Source: Massalongia carnosa (Eukaryota). From it: a stretch of 64,000 nt of DNA. The stretch lies in NCBI GenBank assembly GCA_965645245.1, contig OZ287080.1:992001-1056000 (forward strand), written 5' to 3'. Below, piece by piece: positions 22,716-35,900 of the stretch. How positions within the stretch are numbered: position 1 is the stretch's first letter; the number at the start of each line of letters is the position of its first letter. Both the position numbers and the translations under genes were made by a program. Below the pieces are notes generated by a model. It saw nothing but the letters and a program-made list of their open reading frames with translations. It did no database searches and was not told where the DNA came from.

Positions 22716-24454
22716 CTACTTTGGGATTATCTTCCCTTCGGTTGCAGCTGCGTACTCCCTCGGCGACTTGGAGAGTAGTTTCAATTCGATTTCTCCCAAT
22801 ACATCTTCGGTTAATATTCTCTCCGGCTCACCTTCTTTGCTGCCATACTCCCATCTAACGTTTCGGTCTTTAGCGTTGCCACGTAGGTGATAGCCAACGA
22901 GAGAAGTTGGGTTGTAGAGGCCTTTATCCTCGGTCCCAAGACCCCCAAGGTCTTTGCGAACTCTGACGCATGAATGTACGAATTCCTGAGTATCTTTTAA
23001 CTTTCGACTTGTGATCTTTCCGGTTATCGGATCGGTAGCAAAATATGTACCCGGGGTTCGTACTTTTTGGCCAGCAATCACCTGGATGCCTTCCATCGAG
23101 TCGTAAATCTTCCCGTTTCCCCAAGGTCTAGTCGACTCATGGTTGTCTTGATAGAATTTTACATTTAGATCATGTTGCCAATCGATGTACTGGGTATCAA
23201 AAGAAATAAGCGGGGAGAGCTGGGACATCATCCACGCCAAGGTAATGTCCGCGATACCGGTATCGTCATAGCTCCCACCAATCTACGCACCGCAAAGTCA
23301 CCTGGGCGTTTTTGGATAGGCTGGACGGCAGGGTGAGCTTACATTGCTATGGACGCCAGGAAACCAACATTGTTTCAAGACTTCCGGAAGATTTTGACCT
23401 TCTGGCCTCTCCCAAATGGTCGGAGAAAAGGGCTTGCGGTGTTCGTCCAGGGCGAGGGCTTGGAATGCATACTGAATGTTTGGCGCTACGCCTGTATCAA
23501 CGAACGAGTACTCGGAGGGCTTCTGCGGCAATATGCCAATTTGCGGGATACCCAAGGATCCTGATACAAGAGTAAGCAAATTTCAATATGCTTCGTCGAT
23601 GACGCGAGGATTTACCGACAGTGTCCCATACAGCCACTGCTCGGATAGGAATGTTTATTTGGGATAGGCCAAGCTAGACCTTCGTCAGCACAGTTCATTC
23701 TCTTAAACCAATTGTGTTTCCTGCCCACCCTGTGTAGCTCTCTTCCGTAGCCAGACTCGGTGACATTTGGTCTGTTGGGAAATGGCCTATCGATCCACTT
23801 TGAGATGAAGCCAGGAACTACTTGATGCTCCCAATCATCAAAGACGGTGTAAAAATCTACCATTCCCTTTGGTGTGAGCAGCCCAACACATGAGATTATC
23901 GCCGCAATACTACGCGCAGTGAATGCTCCTCGTGAGAAGCCTAGAAGGAAAATCTCATCTCCTGGGGTGTAGTTCGTAGCGAGGAAGGAGTAGGCTTCGC
24001 GAATATTTTCGCTCAGCCCTGCTCCAGTTCCTCCACCGTAGACGTCTTGATGCTGTTAGCGTACAGGTTTCGGCCAACAATATCCGTATAGAAACTCACG
24101 ATTCCACCATGTACTTTCGGTCCCTATCCCTGCATGATAGTAGACGATTTGGGGGACCCCATCCTGGCCATCGGGTCGAATCGCTCGACAGATGCGCGTT
24201 ACGTTTGAGGGGGCTTGCAAGTGGCCGTTGGTATCCCAAGGAAGATATGAGTTTCGTACAAAGCCATTGTCGCTGTTCTGGTTGTAGCCATATGAGAAAA
24301 TTACCGACAGTGGTGCCACTGGGAATCAACGTACCATCCATGTACCTTGAGGGTTTATCAGTGACTAATCCCTTAGTATGAAGGTGGTCTAGCATAATGA
24401 AAAGTGATACGGACCGTCACAGGCGACTATTAACCTTTTGTGCTCTTGTGCCAT
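22716..24454 (-). CDS. DUF2235 (Tle1-like alpha/beta hydrolase) family protein, multi-exon
   Basis: Spliced KRLIVACDG-TWM-NSDNG, PSNVTRI, IFLLGFSRGAFTAR, DTVGSLG, QALALDEHR and WFPGVHSN. Confidence 0.9.
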
Positions 24455-25441
24455 TGTCGTCCAGCGAAGGCGAGGCTGTTGACTCGGTTGCTCGACCTGA
24501 ATCAGAAAGGATGTGGTCGATAAATAGTCAGGGAGGATGAAGGGAGAAGGAAAAGGATTGTCTGGAGTAGGGACGAAGTATGTATGATTGAGTCCGAGAA
24601 GGACCTGGGTGGGGTAGAACGGATGATCAACTCAAACGAACAGCAACAGTTGAAGCAATTGGACGGAGAGACGCGACTGCCCCATCACAAGATGCGGACC
24701 TCAGGCATCTCCACCATTTTGGAAGACTGTGGAAAGATTGAACAGCACTCCGTATCATTGGTAACGAAACCATTCTGACAGCTCAGGCTTGACACCGCTA
24801 CTCTCACAATTGGGGTACAGAGGTGCCTAGTATAGACTAACTTGAACGGGGGTGTCGGGGTGTTTAGGTGTTTGGGTACAGAGTACAGAGTATTCCGTAC
24901 GAGTACTATTACGACATGCTAGGTATCGTGTGCTGGCCCAGTTTCGGTTAGGTGTTCCAATCGGGGCGGGCAAGGAACGACAACGAGAGTCCGCATAATG
25001 GGCTGATATGATATTCAGCTGAATAGAACATCTAAGCCTCATACCTGTAGTCTAGAACCCTAATTGAGCTTAAATCCCCGGCTTAAACTCTGAATAACGT
25101 GATCTGATTGGTCTAATCAATCGTGGCTTTCCAAAGAGTCAAGACCTTACCTAATCATGAAGAACCTTTCTTCCATCAATCAATCCATGTAGTTAAGCAT
25201 CCCTCCCACAAGCGCTGAGCAAAGAAAAAAGACTACCATTCCACCATTGGACCAGGAATCCAACCTATTATCGTTACACTGCACGTACAGACTATCTAAA
25301 CGAACTCAGCTTACGCTTACTGTGATTGATAGCTTCCCGTCAAGGTTAACGACGTTTGGGACAAGGTTTTATTGGTTCATCAACGCTGTCGAGTACTGAC
25401 TGGATCAATTGCCCCAAGCTTCACCTCCTTCCACCGTACCA

Positions 25442-25510
25442 TAAGACAAGGCGAGACAAGGCGAGACACGCTGGAGACACGGTGAAGACACGCTGGAGAC
25501 ACGGACGGAT
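25442..25510. repeat. Degenerate 10-11-bp tandem repeat (AGACA(A/C)G...) x6
   Basis: agacaaggcg agacaaggcg agacacgctgg agacacggtga agacacgctgg agacacgga. Confidence 0.7.
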
Positions 25511-26331
25511 CACGGTAGCATCCTAAGTTGAGGGACCAAGTGCCTAGAGAAACCCTCCATGTAGGCTAGGTATACATATTCTGGCGATGCAGTCAAGACA
25601 GTAATTAGTTAGTGCTGACCGCCACGAAACTCAATTCAAGCTTCCACAGCTGGGAAAGATGGTTCATTCAATGCCGAGATCTTGGATTTCCCCCCCAACT
25701 TACCTGCTAGTAGTTGTCTTGATTGCAAAACAACACAGTGCAGTAAGAAATCATCAGACACCTCAATATTCAGGAGATCTATTACCCGTGCATCTGGTAG
25801 GCGATCGGCTGACGGATTATGCGGAGGAGCAGTAGGGTACAATCACTTGGTTGATATGGTAAATCTGCGCTTGTTTTAGGAGTTTGATCATGCAAATGGT
25901 GGAATCGTTGCGTACATAAAAACGTAGACGTCGTTGACCGGAGACGAGTTTCCCTGTTACTGTCCCATTCTTGAGCAATTTTGGAACATACGAATCAAGG
26001 GCTAAAGACGTGATCGTGGGCTGGCAAATACCTGGGTGCATATACCTAATCCACGAACCGCCGACATCTGACAGCCAAGGACCCGTGGCCCAACCGAAAG
26101 CGGGAACCACTGCTTACGTGTCGGAGTTCAGAGCCTTGTGCTCTGTACGAAGGATGACGCTGAAAGTCCTTGCTAGCGTACATGAGACGTGCATTAGTGT
26201 TTATTAGCTTACAAGGGGAATATAGTACTAAAATAGTCTAGAAAATCTCGAATTGCTTCTGTTCTCGTCGTCAAAAAGACAGTAATACTACATCTGATAT
26301 TCAGTAGAAGGTTTTAATCATCATCATTATC

Positions 26332-27653
26332 ATGCCCAATGCACAGAGCAATAGTCTCACGATTGCACAAATAATACAGGCTTTAGCGCTTGTAGAACAC
26401 GGAATTGCGGCAAAAATCGTGCAAGCAGTGACTGGAGTCTCCACAAGATCGATATCAGCTCTCAAAATCAAAGCACGACAGCGTGGATATGATCCAGCTT
26501 TATCTCGTGTTTTAGAAGTAGAATATATAGAAGATGCACCTCGTTCAGGACGACCTAAAAAGGTTACACCGGAGGTAGAGCAAGCTATATTGAATAATGT
26601 AGTGCAAGACCGAAATAGTAGAGAAAATTCTTCAGCTATGATTGGCTTTGATCATAAACTCTCCTCCACTACTATACTTCCTACGCTTAAACAGAATGGG
26701 TTTCGCCCCTGTAAAAGCACGAAAACGCCAGGTCTAGATTCGATCATGAAAGAGGCTCGTCTGCAATTTTGTTTGCGATATCAGCGCTGGACTATTGATG
26801 ATTGGAAGAACGTTATATGGACTGAAGAAATAAGTATTATATTGGGTTCTAGACGTGGAAGAAGACTTCAGTGGCGTACCTCGAAAGAAATGTATGCTAA
26901 AACGTGTATTCGACGTAGATGGAAAGGATGCTCCGAGTTTTTGTTTTGGGGCTGTTTTTCGTACGATAAGAAAGGACCTTTTCATATCTAGAAAACAGAG
27001 ACCGCAAAAGAGAAAAGAGAGGCTCAAATTGAGTTAGATAAACTCAATGAGACTTTAGAATCAGAAGCTAAAGAGAATTGGGAGCTAGAAACCAGCATGA
27101 GACGAATGAAGCTACGTAATCCAGGAGGTCGAAAACCTATCTGGAAATGGGATAAAACACACGGTAAAGTCGTTCGAGATGGCAAGGGAGGAGTGGACTG
27201 GTATCGTTATCAAAAACTCGTCTTAATTCCTAAGCTTCTTCCGTTTGCAAAAGAATGTATGATAGATCGACCAAACACTATCGTACAGGAAGACAAGGCC
27301 CCCAGTCACGCATCCAAACATCAAAATCTGATCTTTGTGGATTTCAACGTCATGCGTCTGTTATGGCCTAGAAATTCTCCTGATCTGAACATGATCGAGC
27401 CTTGCTGGTTCTGGATGAAGCGAAGAATCACTCGATTAGTGCTCCGCGGACTCGTATTGAGGCTGAAAAGGCCTGGACAAAGTGCTGGACGGAGGAGTTG
27501 ACGCAGAAAAGAATTCAGTCCTGGATTGAACGTATAAAGCGACATGTTGACGAGGTGATATTGTTAGACGGAGGTAACGAGTATAGAGAAGGCAGAGAGA
27601 TCGGAGTCGTACGACCGTATAATAAATACGAGACCGTGCCATCTCAGATCTGA
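26332..27653 (+). pseudogene. Tc1/mariner DD34E transposase, disrupted
   Basis: DAPRSGRPKK; WTEE (first Asp changed to Glu); QEDKAPSH..34 aa..SPDLNMIE; GGNEYREG. In-frame TAG ends at 26991 and there is a frameshift near 27438. Confidence 0.9.
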
Positions 27654-28028
27654 GATGTTTCGAGTAATTTCTTTACAAATTACGGTTGCGAAAACTCGCG
27701 AAATTATATATTACATACGAATCGTAGTAGCTGACGATTTAATACGAACAACTCGTTCTAAGCATCTTCAATTTATAAGTCTTCATTTCGAGGCCCTCGC
27801 ACATCTTTTTGAGGTTGAGTCGCAGGCATGCGAAGATAATGATGATCAGAACTTCTTGACCTCTGATGATGAGTTTGCAGCTCGATACAATCAGTAAAGA
27901 CCTGCAAAGATACCGGAACATAGTTTAATTAGTTTTCAATAAATCGATTTCCATTCATGTTTTGATTGCAGTTGTACATGACATGTCTCGCTAATATTTG
28001 AATAAGTTGCAACGAATATTTAAGAAAT

Positions 28029-31000
28029 TCAAGATTCAGCTTCATATTCGGGTCGCAGGATTACTTCCGGATACACAATGTTGTCAGTTTTCCCATCGCC
28101 CCGTTCCGGAAACAACACACACAATCGCGACACATCCGTAACTCGAGATAATGCCACATACAACTGACCGTGAGTAAAAGGCGAAGCTCGCAAATCAACT
28201 CCTACCGTGTCTAATGATTGTCCTTGCGACTTGTTTACAGTCATAGCAAAGCATAATCGTATCAGAAATTGTTTACTACTTACGATCCAGGGCAGCTCGC
28301 CTTCGGTGGTATTGAGAAGAATGCGGGGGACTAATCGCGTTTCGCCGTCGAATTCTCCTCCCAGAATCTTTCCCTCCAGACAGGTCCGCGAAATGTGAGT
28401 AAGACGTAATCTTGTGCCGTTGCAGAGACAAAGTTTGGGATATAAATTCCGCATCAATATAACCGGAGCTCCAAGTTTTAATTGCAATTGTGAAGGAGGC
28501 AAAGACGGTGTTTGCAAGGTCCGTAAAAACTCGGGAGGAAGAAAGTCTCCTCGTTCCTGCGCCGTACCGTTCTCGATTTGATCAACGGAATTCAAGATGT
28601 GCGAATCGCCCTGCAATTTGTTCAGTATTGAATCGTTTAAATCCGCGACGATATCGTTTCGCAAAGTCAAGATTGCTCGACTCGCAAAAAAACCCGGGTC
28701 CAGATGAGCTTGCCGCATGCGATCCGGAGGAAAGACAGTGTCCACGAAACTGTCTAAGTTGTTCAATTGATTGACCTGTTTCGGCAACTGAATCCGACCA
28801 TAAAAAGCAGGATCGTAAGACATTTTCCCGATCCAGTCCGCAAACGCTTCGTTGGCGACCCCATTACGAATTCGCATATTTGAACGCAGAAACAGTTTTT
28901 GAAAGCGCGACCACAGGAAGGTCTTTTGAATGTTCGCCGCAACGACAGCTTCACGGTTTCCGCGAGGGACAACGGGCAAGATTTGAGCGAAATCGCCTCC
29001 CAACACCATCGGAATGCCTCCGAAAAGATCGTCGTTGCCTAAAAGATCCGTAAAAGTGCGATGCACGGCCATGAAACATTGTTTATGTTGCATCGGCACC
29101 TCATCCCAAATAATCAACGTCGTGCGTTGCAAAAGACCGTATAAATGCGTGTTGCGGGTGATGTTACAAACGCTATCTTCGTTTAAAATCAATGGAATTT
29201 TAAAACGGGAATGCGAAGTCTGTCCGCCAGGAAGAAGTAAAGCCGCAATGCCAGAAGATGCAATGCATAAAACTATTTTGTTTTCCGCCCGAAAATGATT
29301 GCAGAGAGTCTTATATAAAAAGGTCTTACCTGTTCCTGCAGGTCCGTGAACAAAAAAATGCGCCGATCTAGGATGCCCCGTAATTCCCGCAACAATGGTA
29401 TCAAAACAATGTTTCTGATCCGCATTCAGCTGAGTATATCGTTCATTTCGTAAAGACGTTTCTTCGTTAAAATCGTAAGTCATTTCATTTGCAATTAAAG
29501 GATTTCCAGTACTCCGACCCCAATAGTGTGTAAACAAAGGCATATTATAGTCCTGCAGACGTTTCCCCAGATCCGAAAGAACTTCGTTTAATAAATACAG
29601 ACCGTAATCCAAATGCGGAGTCGTTAAATCGTCAGGAACATCAGTCATTGATCGTAATCGATGCGGCAAATCGTCACATATATCATTTGCGTATCGAATC
29701 CATAAGGCCGTGGAGTCCGTAACATGACCGTGAACTAAAGCCGTTCCGAATAACGCCCGCAACGCGTGTCCAGAAGAAAATCGCACCGCTTCCGCAAAAC
29801 AACTGATCCATTCTTGATCATCTTCCAGTAAACCTCGAGCACTGCAAGCGGCCTGAAAGGTTGAACAAACTACTCCATCAACAGTGCGCAGATCCTCAAA
29901 AGACTGCGGCCCCGGAACAATGGTCAAAAGCATCCGTAAATAATATTTCTCACCCGCCATGGGGCTGCAGGCATAAATACGGCCAACTGCAAATCCGCGT
30001 TGACGGGGTTGCCAGCATTTTTCTTAGCTTCCCAAACGTAGCTATTCGGAAAATCTTGATATAACAGCTCGCGGCCGTCCGAATATTTTTCAACTCCTGC
30101 AACAAACTGCTCTGCCGTAAACGAAAAGCGCGGGCCACGATATCAGGACGATCCGTTGCGGTCTGCCCGGGAAAGTCTTTCAAGGCTTCTTTGATTTCCG
30201 ACCAATTGGGATTTGCAGTAAACGTGATAAACAAATCCGGGCGTCCGAAATGACGAACCAAGGCCATACTGTCCTGAAACAATTGCTGCATAAATCGATC
30301 ACCACCCGTATATGTAGAAGGAAGAATAAATCTTTTTCCTAAGGTGGCCGCAGAATCAACTTCATCCCGTCGCAAACTATCCGCAAGTCCGCTATACAGC
30401 TCCGCTCTGATCGTTTTTTGATTTTCTCGAAGCCATTGCAGTTTGTTAAGATCGCAGCTGGACCATGCATCAACTAAATATTGCTGAAACAATCGCTGAC
30501 AGTGATGCATAATAGAAAATTCATTTCGACGGGTGTGTAAACGATACCTGTAAAACGCCAGTTGACATAAACGATCTCGTTGTCTCGCTCTGGCATTGGA
30601 CCGAAGTCGCATACTCCAGTCCCAGCCATGTTCGCCATGCGGAAAAAAAAGAACGTAATGCAAAGGCATATAGGCCGCATGATTTTGATCAATTTGTTTT
30701 AATGAAGTTCCCGTAACTCCCGCAACACGTTCCGTTAACACAATATCGCGTTTGCAAGGTTCTCCGTATTCATCGGGAATAATACCGGCAATCTCGTCAC
30801 TGGTGGGAAGATTGCTTCGTCGTCGATCCGCTCCCGCCTCCATTATTAATCGCATTTGCGGATTAAGAACAATTCGCAAGTCATTGATGGTAGCCGTATT
30901 TTCTCGCAGGGCCTCGCTGACGGTCTTGTAGAGTCCGATAAAGGGATTTAGATCATGCAACATTTCTGTCAATCGTCGCACAATATCCGGATTTAATTCT

Positions 31001-32031
31001 TCGTGTTGTCGAGTACGAATCGCGGTTGCCTCGGCGGGATCGTAAAAAAACAATTGAGCAAATCGAGGAGAATCATCAACGGGGTCAAGAAGACCTTGCA
31101 AATGATATAATTCTCCGTGAATTTAAAAACATATCGGTCCACGACCGTTGCGAGGAAGTCGGCGATCGGGTTTATAGTTTACGGAGGTAAACGTTAGCGC
31201 GGAGTTATATTTTCGCAGGTTTTTGCGGAATGTACGGCTTCTAGTATCGTCACCAATTAACAACCGCTGTAAAAAATCGGGGGGAGGCTGAAACGGTGGC
31301 AACACGACATCGCCTCGCTTGCAACAGGTTTCGTATACTCCATTAGAAGAGCTCCGAACGGCTTCCGCTTCCCAATGCCATGCACCGCAGTGTCTGCAAT
31401 GATCGGTCATATGTTGAATTCGTCGTATCGCGGATTCCAATGTGTATTGACTTTTAAATGTCGCAGGAAAGTCACGATGTGCAGTCGCACGCCTACGGGC
31501 TGTAACAGTACGCTCGTGACGACGTGTTTGACGATTTCCTCGTGGCTCTTGATGATTAGCAAGTGGAGAAACAGCTCTCGAACTTGCAACGGATGGAGAA
31601 AGATATTCGGAACTCGACCTTACGGATCCACGATCGAGATCGTTGTTCTGACCCGCTTCTGCTTCGTTGAGCAGCATTTCTTCCCAAATGTTTGAGTTTT
31701 CCAATTCCAAATCATTCCGGTTTGGCGAGATTGGCGAATGAAAAGCCGATGATACGGGAGAAACGGACCCCCCAACTGAACTGTCAAGCGGACTCTGTAA
31801 AGACGTAGAAGCGACAGCAGATATAATCGGACTTTTCGGGGGAGCAGGTGGACGCAGAAAAAGACGTACAGGACGTTTCGGTGGTCGCAAAATAAGACGA
31901 ACGCGCTTGGCAGGAGGATTTTCCGAAGAATCCACTTCGTTATGCGATCTGCGGGGAGAACCCGATTGTCGTAAAGGAATGAGAAGTCGAGAAAGAACTT
32001 CTCGCGGAGAAGCGTTAGGCTGTAGAGACAT
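28029..32031 (-). pseudogene. Helitron Rep/Hel gene, copy 1: intact PIF1 helicase frame, Rep core deleted
   Basis: Zn finger CRHCGA..CC; Helitron N-region FQDSMALVRHFGRPDLFITFTANPNW; PIF1 motifs GPAGTGKT, IIWDE, LGGDFAQILPV, FAMTVNKSQGQS and HGQLYVALSRV. Confidence 0.92.
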
Positions 32032-32819
32032 GATTGTGGTCGTTGCAGCTATTGCCAAAGCTTCAGATGATTGTTTATTGCAAATCAAAAAAATATCAAA
32101 TAACGCGTTGTTGTAAAAGTCATCGTAAACTCAATTAAGTTTGCTTTAAACCAAATCGAGGTTTCTTGCGGGTTCGTCGAACGGACGGATTTAGCGCGGT
32201 TTTCCGGAACATCAAACCATGAAAAACGCGAAAGCCGACCACCTTTCTCGACCCACAACGGGCGTAAAAGAACGTAGATTTCACGATACTTATTGATATC
32301 ATCATGATCCATGAGTCTACAAAGTTTGACGAAGTGAAACGGTCCGGTACGGTGGAGGCAAGAGGGGAGTTTTCGGTCCTGTCCGCACGACGGTCCTCCC
32401 CCGATTATTGTTACTTGCGTTCCCTTTTTCGGGTTAAATCTAACCGCATGAGGTTTGATCTAACCGAATGAGGTAGTGTTGCCCAAAGTAGCAGGGTAAC
32501 TCTTTCAGTACTATAACTACAAGGGGATTGGCAGATAGGCTGACTACAAATGACTCGGAGGCGGGGACGGCGACAGGGGGGGGGGGACAGCGACAGCAAG
32601 CGGAGATGAGGAGGTTATCATCATTAATTAGACCAAATGAGGCTTAGTTTCTAGAATCAGAGTCTGATTTGCAAAGACAGTGCCAATCGACTTCGTTTCA
32701 GAAATTCCCGACCACTTTCAAAAGGTGAAGGAAAAAATTTCCCCGATATGCGCCCGGGAGCTTACCCCGAAGTGGGTAAGTGAGGGGGCTGAACCCTTGA
32801 TTCTTACCTATTCTAGGAA

Positions 32820-32905
32820 GGGGGTGTCCGTGTATCACTGGGGGGTGTCCAGGTAACCTCAGGGGGTGTCCAGGTAACCAAAGGGGTGTCCACGTATCCG
32901 TACTC
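32820..32905 (-). mobile_element. Orphan Mutator-like terminal repeat with four ~21-bp subterminal units (GGGGTGTCC core)
   Basis: The reverse complement GAGTACGGATACGTGGACACCCC aligns at 16/23 with the MITE TIR at 37384. No partner end or TSD found. Confidence 0.5.
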
Positions 32906-35900
32906 TAAACTTACAGCAGGATTCGGAGGAACATGAGTTATCATGTCATGTTGCGATCGCAGAATTACTTCCGGATATACAATGTTATCCGTTTTCCAGT
33001 CATTTCGTTCCGGAAACAACATACACAATCGAGACACATCCATAACTCGAGATAATGCCACATATAACTGACCATGAGTAAAAGGAGGAGCTCGCAAATC
33101 GACTCCTATCGTGTCCAATGATTGACCTTGCGACTTGTTGACAGTCATAGCAAAGCACAATCGTATCGGAAATTGTTTGCGACTTATGATCCAGGGCAAC
33201 TCGCCTTCCGTGGTATTAAGAAGAATCCGGGGAATTAATCGCGTTTCACCGTTGAATTCTTATCCCAAAATCTTTCCCTCTAGACAGGTCCGCGAAATGT
33301 GAGTAAGACGTAATCGGGTGCCGTTACAGAGACCAAGTTTGGGATACAAATTCCGCAAAAAAATGATTCGGGCTCCAAGTTTCAGTTGCAATTGTGAAGG
33401 TGGTATAGACGATGTTTGCAAGGGTTGTAAAAACTCGGGAGGAAGAAAGTCTCCTCGTTCCTGCGCCGTATCGTTCTCTATTTGATCAATGGAGTTCAAG
33501 GTGTGCGAACCGCCCTGCAATTTATTCAGTACTGCACCGTTTAACTCCGCGACGATATCGTTCCGCAAAGTCAAAATTGCTCGACTTGCGAAAGAATCCG
33601 CATCCAGATGAGCTTGCCGCATGCGATCGGAAGGAAAAACGGTGTCCACGAAACTGTCTAAGTTGTTCAGTTGATTGACTTGTTCCGGTAGCTGAACACG
33701 ACCGGAAAAAGCAGGATCATAAGACATTTTCCCGATCCAGTCCGCAAACGCCTCATTGGCGACTTCATTACGAATTCGCATGATTTGACGCAAAAACAGT
33801 TTTTGAAATCGCGGCCACAGAAGGTGTTTTGAATGTTCGCCGCAACGATGGCTTCCCGATTTCCACGGGGAACAACGGGCAAGATTTGAGCGAAATCTCC
33901 GCCTAACACCATCGGAATAACTCCGAAAGGTCGTCATTACCTAAAAGGTCCGTAAAAGTGCGATGTACGGCCATGAAGCATTGTTTGTGTTGCATCGGCA
34001 CCTCATCCCCAATGATTAAGGCTGTGCGTTGCAAAAGACAGTGTAAATGCGTGTTGCGGGTGATATTACACATGCTGTCCTCATTTAAAATCAAAGGAAT
34101 TTTCAACCGGGAATGTGAAGTCTGTCCGCTAGGAAGAAGTAAAGCCGCAATGCCGGGAGACGCAACGCAAAGAATGATTTTATTCTCCGCCCGAATATCA
34201 TTGCAAAGAGTCTAATATAAAAAAGTCTTACCTGTTCCTGCAGGTCCGTGAACAAAAAAATGCGCCATTCTAGGATAATCTCTAACTCCCGCAACAATGG
34301 TATCAAAACAGTATTTCTGATCCGCATTCAATTGAGTATATCGTTCATTTCGTAACGTCGTTTCTTCGTTGAAATCGTAAGTCATTTCTGTAACGGTTCG
34401 ACCATGCGTGGTGCGGACGGCAGGACCTACAGCGAACAAAGCAGGAGTCCCAGTTGTAGTAGAATAGAGCTTGATCTGCGGACTAAGTATTGTGCCTTTT
34501 GGTTGGGAGGACAGGTGGCGCAATGGTAGAAATCTATTTACTTCTCGCTTCGTCACAATTTCATTTGCGATCAACGGATTTCCAGTACTCCGACCCCAAT
34601 CGTATGTAAACAGCGGCATATTCTAATCCTCTAATCGTTTTCCTAAATCCGAAAGACCTCCGTTTAACAAATAAAGGCCGTAATCTAAATGCGGACTCAT
34701 TAAATCGTCAGGAACATCAGTCATTGATCGTAATCGATGCGGTAAATCGTCATATATATCATTTGCGTATCGATTCCATAAGGCCGTAGGATCCGTAACA
34801 CGACGATCATCGGTTGTGGCCGCATTCTCCCGCAAAGCCTCGCTGGCGGATTTGTAAAGCCTGATAAAGGGATTCATATTGTGTAATATCTCTGTTAAAC
34901 GTCGTACAATATCGGATCCAATTCTGTATGTTGTCGAGTACGAATCGCGGTTGCTTCGTCGGATCGTAAAAAATAGTTGAGCAAAGCGAGGAGAATCGTC
35001 AACGGGATCCAAAGGACCTTGCAGGTGATACAGTTCTCCGTGATTTTGAAAACATACCGGTCCACGACCGTTGCGAGGAAGTCGGCGATCGGGTTTGTAG
35101 TTTACGGAGGTGAACGTCAACGTGGAATTATATTTTCGGAGGTTTTTGCGAAATTTGCGGGTTCTAATATCGTCACCAATTAACAGTTGCCGTAAATAAG
35201 CAGGAGGAGGCTGAAACGGTGGCAACACGACACCACCTCGCTTGCTACAGGATTTGTATACTCGATCTCGTCTTCTGTCACTCTGAACAGCTTCCGTTTC
35301 CCAATGCCACGCACCGCAGTTTCTGCAATGATCTGTCATGTGTTGAATTCGTTGTATCGCGGATTCTAAAGTGTACTGACTTTTAAATGCGGCAGGAAAG
35401 TTACGATTTGCAGCCGCATGGTCACGGGCTTCAACAGTACGGTCGCGACGACGTGTTCGACGATTTCCTCGTGACTCACGATGATTAACAGGTGGAGAAA
35501 CAGGTCTGGAACTCGCAATGGATGGAGAAATATGTCCGAAACTCGACCTTACGAAACCGCGAGCTCGGTTGTGATTGTACTGACCCGCTTCTGCTTCGTT
35601 GAGCAGCATTTCTTCCCAAATGTTCGGATTTTCCAACTGCAAATCATTTCGATTTGGCGGGCTTGGCGAGTGGAAAGCCGACGATACGGGAGAAACGGAA
35701 TTCGTTATTGAACTGTTAGGCGAACTCTGCAAAGATGGAAGAGTGACAGGAGATACAATCGAACTTCTTGGAGGAGCAGGCGGACGCAGGAAAAGACTAA
35801 CAGAACGTTTTCGGTGGTCGTAAGCTTAGACGAACGCGTTTTGCGGGAGGATTTTCCGGAGAATTCACTTTATTATGCGGTCTACGGAGAGAACACCATT

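Larger units (their letters stand above)
26221..32515. mobile_element. Putative composite element: Tc1-type transposase plus Helitron Rep/Hel between short inverted repeats
   Basis: Inverted ends TATAGTACTAAAATAGT and TATAGTACTGAAAGAGT match at 15/17. Flanked by the direct repeat TACAAGGGGA at 26210-26219 and 32518-32527. Confidence 0.65.

Noticed and set aside
26119..32576. TGTCG...CGACA as a solo LTR split by the composite element
   Set aside because: No 4-6-bp TSD on the outer flanks.
32640..32820. CTAG motifs and hairpins (32651, 32761-32780, 32813) as the Helitron copy 2 3' end
   Set aside because: None shows a hairpin ~10 nt before CTRR followed by T, and none is shared with copy 1.
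32820..32895. Repeat arrays here and at 372-497 as CRISPR-like arrays
   Set aside because: Units are contiguous and short, with no unique spacers of CRISPR length, and sit in transposon subtermini.
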